Shown piece by piece: positions 57,255-64,000 of a stretch of 64,000 bases of DNA. The notes under the pieces are model-generated. The model worked only from the letters and a program-made list of their open reading frames with translations, made no database searches and was not told the origin of the DNA. The stretch comes from Candidatus Moraniibacteriota bacterium (GTDB lineage Bacteria; Patescibacteriota; Minisyncoccia; Moranbacterales; UBA1568): assembly GCA_016699425.1 (NCBI GenBank), contig CP064975.1:987957-1051956 (forward strand), read 5' to 3'. The translations under genes and the position numbers were made by a program. The stretch's first letter is position 1. Every line of letters starts with the position of its first letter.

Positions 57255-58448
57255 TTACGGCTTTCGCAGAAGCGTGAAGAAGACGACTTCGGCGGCTGTA
57301 CCGAAGCGCTGTGGCGGACCCCAACTCCCGGCACCGCTCGTCGTGTAAACGAGAGCCTCGCCCGACGGAACAGAAAAGTGCCTCAACCCGAAATCATACC
57401 CCTTGTAGACAAACCAGGTCACCCAGCTAAACGGCCACATCTGACCCTCGTGTGTGTGCCCATGTAATGTCAGGTCTGCCCCACCCTCGACGAGTTGGCC
57501 GATATTTCGCGGTACATGTTTCAGCGCAATCGTCGGCAAATCTGGATTCACCATGAGATGCATCATGACCATCTCCGTCGCTTCTGCTGTCCGTGTCGTA
57601 ACGAAATCCAATCCAACAATCTGCAGACCATCCTCCACAACTCGCTTATCATTGATGACATGGAAGCCTGCAGATTCGAGCGCTTGGAGAAAACCAACCG
57701 TATCGCCATACTCTTCATGATTGCCCGAAACAAAGTACGCTGGGATACGCGCGGTGAGCGACTGGAACGGAGCGGTCACGAGATCAGCCGGAATCGGTGG
57801 GCCATCAAAATAATCACCGCCCATGAGGATAAGAGCTGGGTCCTCGGATTCGATCAAATCGGCGATATCCTGGGCCGTTTGCTGGCGATGAATATTGCCG
57901 AAGTGTGAATCAGCAAAGAACGCAATCTTTTTACCTACCCACTGATCGGGAAGGTTGGGAAGAGCAACAGACATATGTCTTGGGTGGATCTGAAAACCGT
58001 TCCAGAGCGCGAAGCCATTCAAGCCGACTGCCCCCATGAAAAAAATTAATGCAATCCAGGGGGATAATGTCCCGCCGAGTGAATCAACAATAAGCGACAG
58101 GAGCGAAAGAACTACTGCCGCGAGGAAGAGAAAATGAACCGTCCCGAGCCACATTGCCGCATAGAAATATACCGTGCGTGTCACGTCACCTGGAACGAGG
58201 CGTGTCAGGATATTTGAAACGAGAAAAGAGAAGGAGAGCACAATAACGAGCGTGAAAACAACGGTTCGCGAATGCCCAATGAGCGGCCAATAACTGTCCA
58301 ACACTCGCCAGACCACCCAGTGGACAAAGGTGATCAGCGTCTGAATCACGATGAGGAATGCAGCGATACCCATAAGTATTTTTGTCTTTCTATTGTAGCA
58401 AACAGAAGTGCTAGAGGTAGGAATCGCCAACTCCAAGTTGGTCCGCAT
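57255..58448 (-). CDS. Membrane-anchored calcineurin-like metallophosphoesterase
   Basis: N-terminal multi-TM region. GDYFDG, GNHEEYGD and LHGHTHEGQ motifs. Confidence 0.8.
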   Translation of the reverse strand: MRTNLELAIPTSSTSVCYNRKTKILMGIAAFLIVIQTLITFVHWVVWRVLDSYWPLIGHSRTVVFTLVIVLSFSFLVSNILTRLVPGDVTRTVYFYAAMWLGTVHFLFLAAVVLSLLSLIVDSLGGTLSPWIALIFFMGAVGLNGFALWNGFQIHPRHMSVALPNLPDQWVGKKIAFFADSHFGNIHRQQTAQDIADLIESEDPALILMGGDYFDGPPIPADLVTAPFQSLTARIPAYFVSGNHEEYGDTVGFLQALESAGFHVINDKRVVEDGLQIVGLDFVTTRTAEATEMVMMHLMVNPDLPTIALKHVPRNIGQLVEGGADLTLHGHTHEGQMWPFSWVTWFVYKGYDFGLRHFSVPSGEALVYTTSGAGSWGPPQRFGTAAEVVFFTLLRKP

Positions 58449-58475
58449 TGAGCGGAAACCTCATCTGTAAATTCG

Positions 58476-58558
58476 TACCGCGGGTGGGAATCGAACCCAC
58501 ATGACCTTACGATCCGCGGATTTTAAGTCCGCTGCGTATACCATTCCGCCACCGCGGC
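58476..58558 (-). tRNA. tRNA-Leu (anticodon TAA), type II
   Basis: Read on the minus strand: acceptor GCCGCGG/CCGCGGT with A73. 3-bp D-stem. Anticodon stem GCGGA/TCCGC with loop CTTAAAA. Long variable arm. T-arm GTGGG-TTCGATT-CCCAC. Confidence 0.8.
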
Positions 58559-58579
58559 ATTTGTCACCTTGGATGTGTA

Positions 58580-58653
58580 TGGAGGCCAGAAGGAGAGTCG
58601 AACTCCTGTACGAGGTTTTGCAGACCTCTTCCTAACCGCTCGGACATCTGGCC
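58580..58653 (-). tRNA. tRNA-Cys (anticodon GCA), with genomically encoded 3' CCA
   Basis: Read on the minus strand: acceptor GGCCAGA/TCTGGCC, discriminator U, CCA. Anticodon stem GAGGT/ACCTC with loop CTGCAAA. T-arm AGGAG-TTCGACT-CTCCT. Confidence 0.8.
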
Positions 58654-58809
58654 AGATTGGAACATTGGCAGCCTAGCAAAGCCCAATGCGAGCGTCAATC
58701 AAAGAAAAGACACCCCCTACATGAGACGCACTCACACTCGATAAATATTAAAACAGCTTCGGAACTCAATAAATGGGAAAGTGGGGGGGTCCTCAACACA
58801 CTCCTTCAG

Positions 58810-59361
58810 CTAATCAATGATTTTTGCCTCAAGATGCTGGCGGCCAAAGGCGAAGGCTTGTGCCTTGGTCTCCATATAGATGTCGAACTTGTTGCCCCGG
58901 ATAGCACCGCCACGATCCTCACAGCGGAATTCTCCTAAGCCCTCGATTGCGATCTTGGCACCGAATGGATAGCTCGCGGGACAAGCAAGTGTGCGCCCCT
59001 CAGTCACTTTCAGTCCTGATGCCGTAACACCATCACTCTTGCCACACTCATCCGACGCGGCGGTATAGGCTGATGCATTGATGGTGAAGTATTTGCCAGT
59101 TTCAAGCTTATCCCAGAGATGGACCTGCTTTTCTTTCCAGCGAGCAAGCTTTTTCTCGTCACCCGTGAGTTCACCCTTGACTGTTACTGCCACCTTATCC
59201 GGTTCGGTTCCAAAGGTCCAGATAAGCATGAGTGGATCCGCAGCAATATCATAGCGCGACGGCATAAGCGGCAACTCCAAACTGGCCGCTGAGGCAGAAG
59301 CCACAGGAATAAACGCTGTCAACACGATAATGGTAGAAATCAAAGCGGGGAGGAATTGCAT
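58810..59361 (-). CDS. 3D-domain (MltA-like) peptidoglycan-active lipoprotein/secreted protein
   Basis: Signal peptide. INASAYTAASDECGKSDGVTASGLKV...ACP...GAKIAIEGLGEFRCEDRGGAIRGNKFDIYM is the 3D-domain signature. Confidence 0.75.
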   Translation of the reverse strand: MQFLPALISTIIVLTAFIPVASASAASLELPLMPSRYDIAADPLMLIWTFGTEPDKVAVTVKGELTGDEKKLARWKEKQVHLWDKLETGKYFTINASAYTAASDECGKSDGVTASGLKVTEGRTLACPASYPFGAKIAIEGLGEFRCEDRGGAIRGNKFDIYMETKAQAFAFGRQHLEAKIID

Positions 59362-59553
59362 AGTATACCTTTACATATGAACTGGCGGCGTAGATCCGAT
59401 CCAGTAAGACCAACATCGGCCAGGTCGGTTTTTTGAGCGCGACTAAACATACTAGCATATTTCTGTATCTGTGTCAATACTAATGATGAGTGCTCCGAGA
59501 TCCTCTACTATCGCAGCTATTCAATAGCTTGCCATGGCTTGAATATGCCCTAT

Positions 59554-59590
59554 TGACAAATTCGTGAGTATTTGTCACAATTCTTCAGCG
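59554..59590 (+). promoter_or_regulatory. Promoter-like element overlapping an inverted repeat TTGACAAAT-n8-ATTTGTCAA upstream of gene 59635
   Basis: A TTGACA -35 box and a CACAAT -10-like box 17 nt apart. The -35 box forms one arm of a 9-bp palindrome. Confidence 0.35.
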
Positions 59591-59634
59591 GCTATCAGCC
59601 ACAACTCGTCCACTAACAACTTGGAGAAGAATAA

Positions 59635-59961
59635 ATGCCTAATAACGCACAAAAACGACTCTTGATAATCCTCGCAAAAGATGGTGACCCCCACTCTCAG
59701 GGGGCCCAGGTATGGCCGATCCAAACAATCTGCCATCATCTGCAAAGTCATTTCCCAGACCACTCGTACACCTTCAGTGCTGTTTGCCACTCCTTAGCGC
59801 AACTCATCACCCTACGCTGGGTGTCGACAGTAGATCACGAGGAAGCATCACGGTACCGGCTAACAGAGCAGGGACACGCTGAGGCGATGCGCCTCCGGGA
59901 GGAGCAGGCGAGTCTCGATTACGTTGAGCTTGCTCCCGATGCTGCCGGTGACTCTCACTAG
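59635..59961 (+). CDS. Hypothetical small protein (108 aa), possible winged-helix regulator
   Basis: ORF only. A palindromic operator-like site lies upstream. Confidence 0.45.
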   Translation: MPNNAQKRLLIILAKDGDPHSQGAQVWPIQTICHHLQSHFPDHSYTFSAVCHSLAQLITLRWVSTVDHEEASRYRLTEQGHAEAMRLREEQASLDYVELAPDAAGDSH

Positions 59962-60022
59962 GGGTCTATTAGCAACAAAAAAGGGTACCCGCAAACGTGT
60001 ACCCTTTCACTTTTTCCTGAAT

Positions 60023-60409
60023 TTACTTGATGACTTCTCGGAGGATCTTCACGACTTTCTGTGGTGTGGTCAGCGCTTTTACTAGATAGAAGTGGGTCTC
60101 GAATTGTCCGACCTTTTTGAAAGATTCTTGATCGTCCGCGTTCGAGAGGATGACGACCGGGATACGGCAGAGTTTTGGATCCGTCGACAGCTCCGCCAAA
60201 ACTTCAAAACCGTTCATCTTCGGCATTTGGAGGTCGAGGATGATAGCGTCTGGGGCGTGTTCGCGGATGGCGCGCAGCCCCTCCTCGCCATCTTTGGCCA
60301 AGACCGCATCGAAGTTCTCACGGTTCAAATTGAGGAGATAGATCTCTCGGAGATCAGCATCATCATCGATGACGCAGACCTTGGGACGGATAAATGGATG
60401 CTCTTCCAT
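60023..60409 (-). CDS. Single-domain response regulator (CheY-like receiver)
   Basis: KVCVIDDDADLREIY...PDAIILDLQMPKMNGFEVL has the phospho-acceptor Asp context. Start set at MEEHPF. Confidence 0.75.
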   Translation of the reverse strand: MEEHPFIRPKVCVIDDDADLREIYLLNLNRENFDAVLAKDGEEGLRAIREHAPDAIILDLQMPKMNGFEVLAELSTDPKLCRIPVVILSNADDQESFKKVGQFETHFYLVKALTTPQKVVKILREVIK

Positions 60410-60494
60410 AGTGATTCCAGTATACACCACACGCCCGCCCCAGTGTAGCGGTTGTCCTAGGCGCACCCGAGGCTCCGCGATATACTGTGACCAT

Positions 60495-60887
60495 ATGACA
60501 TGGAATCCCCTCAACCCAGAAGAAGAACACGTCATTGTCGCTCATGGGACGGAAGCGCCCTTTTCAGGTGAATACGACACCCTCTTTGCCCCAGGCACCT
60601 ATCTCTGCCGGCGTTGCAATGCCCCGCTCTATGCGGCCCAGACGAAATTTGATGCTGGTTGCGGTTGGCCGGCCTTTGATGCTGATTTCCCTGGCGCCGT
60701 GAAGCGGATCATGGATACGGATGGCCAACGGACCGAGATCCGCTGCACTCACTGCGATGGTCATCTGGGACATGTCTTCCTCGGCGAGCATCTGACCGAC
60801 CAGGACACGCGCCACTGCGTGAACTCACGCTCGCTCCGTTTCATTCCCGAAGGCAAAGAGCTACCACCCGTGCTTGAAAAAGAATAA
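60495..60887 (+). CDS. msrB: Peptide-methionine (R)-S-oxide reductase MsrB
   Basis: CRRCNAPLYAAQTKFDAGCGWPAF...RTEIRCTHCDGHLGHVFLGE (two CxxC pairs and the catalytic Cys). Confidence 0.85.
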   Translation: MTWNPLNPEEEHVIVAHGTEAPFSGEYDTLFAPGTYLCRRCNAPLYAAQTKFDAGCGWPAFDADFPGAVKRIMDTDGQRTEIRCTHCDGHLGHVFLGEHLTDQDTRHCVNSRSLRFIPEGKELPPVLEKE

Positions 60888-60889
60888 TT

Positions 60890-61438
60890 ATGAGAATCAA
60901 AAAAGCGATATTGGCTGGCGGCTGCTTCTGGTGCACCGAGGCGATCTACAAACGGCTCAGAGGTGTCCTAACCGTCACGCCCGGTTATGCCGGCGGCACG
61001 ACCGAAAACCCGACCTATGAGGAGGTTTCGAGCGGGACAACCGGCCACGCCGAGGCCATCCAGATCGAATATGATGCAGACATGATTTCCTACGAAAAGC
61101 TACTCACTATTTTTTTCGCCACCCACGATCCGACGACTTTGAATCAGCAGGGGGCCGATGTCGGAACACAGTATCGTTCCGTGATTTTCTCCACAGACGA
61201 AACAGAGAAAGAGGCTGCCGAAAGCATTGTGAGAAAACTAGAGGCTGAGGGAATCTACCCCGACCCAATCGTTACCGAGATTGCGCCGTTCACTTATTTC
61301 TATCCAGCTGAAAATTATCATCGCGACTACTACGATCGCAATCGGTCCCAAGGATACTGTCATATCGTCATCAGTCCCAAAATCGCCAAGCTCATGAAGG
61401 AATACCCCGCCGACTTGAAGAACGAATTCAGAAAATAG
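60890..61438 (+). CDS. msrA: Peptide-methionine (S)-S-oxide reductase MsrA
   Basis: AILAGGCFWCTEAIY (GCFWC active site). Confidence 0.88.
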   Translation: MRIKKAILAGGCFWCTEAIYKRLRGVLTVTPGYAGGTTENPTYEEVSSGTTGHAEAIQIEYDADMISYEKLLTIFFATHDPTTLNQQGADVGTQYRSVIFSTDETEKEAAESIVRKLEAEGIYPDPIVTEIAPFTYFYPAENYHRDYYDRNRSQGYCHIVISPKIAKLMKEYPADLKNEFRK

Positions 61439-61511
61439 TGTACAATACTGAGCGAGAAAAAGACGGCTCCAAAAGAAAAGATAGGCCGTCTTTTTTGTTT
61501 TTGAAATCACG

Positions 61512-62150
61512 TTAGGTCTCTCGGTCCGTCTTCCGCCACTCGGGAACAGAGCCAATTTTCTTTTCGATCTCAGATGCCACGCGGAGAGAACGTTCGTTCA
61601 TGGGCGGAACGAGCCGGTAGTGCCGCGACAGATCCAATGCTTCGGCGATGTCGATGAGGCTGCCCTCGCTCGTCACCCACTCCGTTCCGAAACGCTTCAG
61701 ATTGAATGGTCGTGAATATTCGCGCAACGTCTTCCGTCCGGTCGTCGTCAGATAGTATTCGTGGAAATAGGAGAGGGCCAGCTCACGCACCGTCCGGTAG
61801 ATCGGATCGCGGTACCGCAAGACGCCATGATTCGTTTTGGATAGCGCGCCCCAGTAACCGTTCCGCCGGAAAAGTGTCACCACGTGATCGAAGTCATAAC
61901 GGAGTGACCGCAGATCGAGGATGAAGGGCTCTGCTCCGTGATACCAGAGTGCGAGTGCCGCTAGGCAAGCCGCCTCGATGCAGTGCGCCTTGCCCTCGCG
62001 CAGTATCACCCGCGGTGAGTAAAATGTCGGCCCCGCCTTTTCAAAATTGAAGGGGAGGGTATCGAGATAATCCTGGATCTTCGCTGGGGTCGAGAGCCGC
62101 CGGAAAAACGCTTCTTCTTTTCTCGTCAGCCCGAAAATATTTTTTTGCAT
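61512..62150 (-). CDS. Hypothetical protein (212 aa), possible transglutaminase-like cysteine protease fold
   Basis: GKAHCIEAACLAALALWYHG motif. Otherwise unassigned. Confidence 0.45.
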   Translation of the reverse strand: MQKNIFGLTRKEEAFFRRLSTPAKIQDYLDTLPFNFEKAGPTFYSPRVILREGKAHCIEAACLAALALWYHGAEPFILDLRSLRYDFDHVVTLFRRNGYWGALSKTNHGVLRYRDPIYRTVRELALSYFHEYYLTTTGRKTLREYSRPFNLKRFGTEWVTSEGSLIDIAEALDLSRHYRLVPPMNERSLRVASEIEKKIGSVPEWRKTDRET

Positions 62151-62268
62151 ACATCCAGTATAGCGGGAAAAGAAAAATGTAGAGTCTGCCGGGGTAGGGT
62201 CTTAGCCTCTTCCGCTCGGGCCGCGTCGATGCTATGGTAAGAGTCATTCACATCACGCGACTCCTGCC

Positions 62269-62877
62269 ATGCCAAACCCGACGCACCCTCACATCCGACC
62301 AGACTATGCTCCCGCACGAGGCATCTTGCAGGGCGGCGGAGTCGTAGTGCTCCCGACCGATACCGTCTACGGCATCGTGGCGAGTGCGCTCATCCCCGAG
62401 ACCGTCGAGCGAGTCTTCCAATTACGGCAACGGGATACTCACAAGGCTGTGATCGTCCTCATCAGCAACGAGGGAGAACTGAAACGGTTTTCGATCCCTC
62501 TCGATGAACAGGCAGGCACATTCCTCCGATCCGTCTGGCCGGGGAGAGTCAGCGTGGTCCTCCCCACGACCGAACCGGCGCGCTGGACGCACTTACACCG
62601 GGGCACTGACAGCATCGCCTTCCGCATACCCGCCGATCCAGCACTCCGTGCGTTCTTGAGACGAACCGGACCGCTCATCGCGCCATCAGCCAATACCGCC
62701 GGTGAACCAGCCGCGACAAGCATCGATACCGCCAGAAAATACTTTGACGACCGGGTCGATCTCTACATCGACGGCGGCACGCTTGAAAGTGCACCATCGA
62801 CCCTGGTCCGCTGGACACCTGGGGGAATCGAAATCCTCCGCCAAGGCGCGGTTCAGATCGATGAATCCCTGATCTGA
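62269..62877 (+). CDS. tsaC: L-threonylcarbamoyladenylate synthase (YrdC/TsaC family)
   Basis: GGVVVLPTDTVYGIVASAL...KAVIVLISN...LIAPSANTAGEPAATS. Confidence 0.85.
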   Translation: MPNPTHPHIRPDYAPARGILQGGGVVVLPTDTVYGIVASALIPETVERVFQLRQRDTHKAVIVLISNEGELKRFSIPLDEQAGTFLRSVWPGRVSVVLPTTEPARWTHLHRGTDSIAFRIPADPALRAFLRRTGPLIAPSANTAGEPAATSIDTARKYFDDRVDLYIDGGTLESAPSTLVRWTPGGIEILRQGAVQIDESLI

Positions 62878-63204
62878 AATGTCTAGACGAGCCCGGCTTC
62901 ACTAAAGAAAACCCTTCGTAAGGGATCTGCCATTTCAAAAATCAAAAACAGCCTCACATGAAGCTGTTTTTGTAACTCTCGGCTGACTGGTAGTACGGTT
63001 AGGACTAATTTCGTATAAAAATGAAGACGGCTCGCTTGCGACGGGCCGTCGATGCTTTCAATGAAGCAACTCTGTTGTCTTCGGGTGGATGAAGTACTCT
63101 CCGACAAGGGACCCGGAGCACTTTGATGCACCGGCTGTGTCATCGATTTCCTCAAACTTTCTTGTGAGGCTGGAGTGTAGATCGATACAGGGTTTCCACT
63201 AAAC

Positions 63205-63501
63205 CTATTCGATGATGATCTCTCCGCTGGAGATCATTTCATTGATCCGGCGGAATGCATACTCCATGTCGACACATCCGACACCCTTGTTCTCCGCCTG
63301 GAGACTATGAAAGAACTCCTTTCCAAATGCTCGTTCCATCGAGTCCCTCGGAGGCAAGAAGTCGAGACGCCCCTCCATGAAACCCTCGGAGTTACTCGGT
63401 GTGGCACAAACGCAGTACCCCTTACCTTCGAACAACGTCATCGCGCCATGGAACGACCACATCAATTGGTGGTACGCCCCATTAGAGATCTTGATCATCA
63501 T
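63205..63501 (-). CDS. Hypothetical protein (98 aa)
   Basis: ORF only. Confidence 0.35.
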   Translation of the reverse strand: MMIKISNGAYHQLMWSFHGAMTLFEGKGYCVCATPSNSEGFMEGRLDFLPPRDSMERAFGKEFFHSLQAENKGVGCVDMEYAFRRINEMISSGEIIIE

Positions 63502-63706
63502 TATTCTCCACCCCGAGATACCGCTCGGGAAAGTCGGTTGGGCAGTCTGCCAAAGTTGGTAATGAACTACAAGGGAATGATTTCCCTTTCAGAAACTTCT
63601 TTCGCAAGAATCTTCTGAAAGGGAGGGAAATCGTAGATTCACGATTTCCCGGACCAAAAGTTATGGTCTCGTCCGAGGATTATGGATCGCCGCGGATCCA
63701 CTTTTA

Positions 63707-63991
63707 TCACCAGAGATCCTCAAGCTTCTTCACACCCTGCATCTTGAGGAAACCTTCCAGGGTGCACCCATATTTTTCTACAGCCTCGTGCTTATGGGAG
63801 GCTTCGAAATTACTCCACATCTGGAGGAAGAAGCGCTCTTCTTCGATGTTGTTGAATTTCGGGTACAAAAACCACTTGGTTTCGCCCGAGTCGAGATAGA
63901 CCTCGAATGCCGGGATAAACGTTTTACCAAGATTGATCCAGATATAATGGATCGCTGAGCGGCATGGCGAGAGAGGTGCGTAGAGAGACAC
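63707..63991 (-). CDS. Hypothetical protein (94 aa or longer; may extend beyond the window end)
   Basis: ORF only. The reading frame is open towards the window edge. Confidence 0.35.
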   Translation of the reverse strand: MSLYAPLSPCRSAIHYIWINLGKTFIPAFEVYLDSGETKWFLYPKFNNIEEERFFLQMWSNFEASHKHEAVEKYGCTLEGFLKMQGVKKLEDLW

Positions 63992-64000
63992 TATGTCTTC

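Noticed and set aside
1-64000. rRNA genes, a CRISPR array, or an obvious tmRNA/RNase P/SRP RNA
   Set aside because: I scanned for the conserved cores (RNase P GAAAGTCCGGGC, SRP AGGAAGCAGCC, tmRNA tRNA-like 3' end, rRNA-like conserved stretches) and for regularly spaced direct repeats. I found nothing convincing. A sensitive covariance-model search is still needed for the AT-rich spacer at 32.4-33.1 kb.

Overview
The window reads as a compact, gene-dense bacterial chromosome segment of about 55% GC with the standard genetic code. Long ORFs end at TAA, TAG or TGA, and there is no sign of stop-codon recoding. The gene complement (a Gram-positive/CPR-style type IV secretion set, LysM-CHAP and RlpA/3D cell-wall enzymes, two archaeal-type TrmB regulators, very short intergenic spacers) suggests a small-genome monoderm lineage, possibly Candidate Phyla Radiation, but that is inference. 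Housekeeping genes identified from conserved motifs: infB (C-terminus), cca (frameshifted), pcrA/uvrD, rsmA/ksgA, lspA, pnp, rpsO, ispG, gyrA, rpsA-like, gmk, tilS, ftsH, rbfA, nrnA-like, a family-4 UDG, msrB-msrA and tsaC. I found seven tRNAs by hand-folding: Pro(CGG), Leu(TAG), Val(GAC), Ala(GGC), Arg(CCT), Leu(TAA) and Cys(GCA). There are no rRNA genes and no CRISPR array. Two accessory regions stand out. The first is a roughly 15 kb island (about 3.2-18.8 kb). It is bounded on one side by tRNA-Pro, a truncated tRNA-Pro copy and tRNA-Leu, and on the other by a divergently transcribed tyrosine recombinase. It carries a single 13.4 kb minus-strand operon encoding a type IV secretion-like apparatus: a LysM-CHAP hydrolase, a VirB6-like polytopic protein, a PrgI/VirB3-like protein, a VirB4 ATPase split into two ORFs, further membrane proteins, and a 961-aa Gly/Thr/Cys-rich surface protein. 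It contains no relaxase and no VirD4 coupling protein. The second is a low-GC island (about 50.9-54.8 kb) between tRNA-Val and tRNA-Ala. It encodes two secreted proteins and a 33%-GC O-antigen-ligase-like membrane protein. Inside that gene a 14-bp palindrome (GTTCCACGTGGAAC and variants) occurs five times in the same reading frame. Upstream of the calcium-binding-repeat secreted protein gene in this island sits a 16-nt poly-C tract. Other notable points: a 1.4 kb low-GC insertion between pnp and rpsO flanked by about 50-bp diverged direct repeats derived from the 3' end of an NYN-domain gene; three apparently split or frameshifted genes (cca, virB4, a methyltransferase); and a 750-bp AT-rich non-coding region. 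Coordinates taken from the ORF track are exact; hand-placed coordinates for tRNAs, promoters, terminators and repeats may be off by 1-2 nt.
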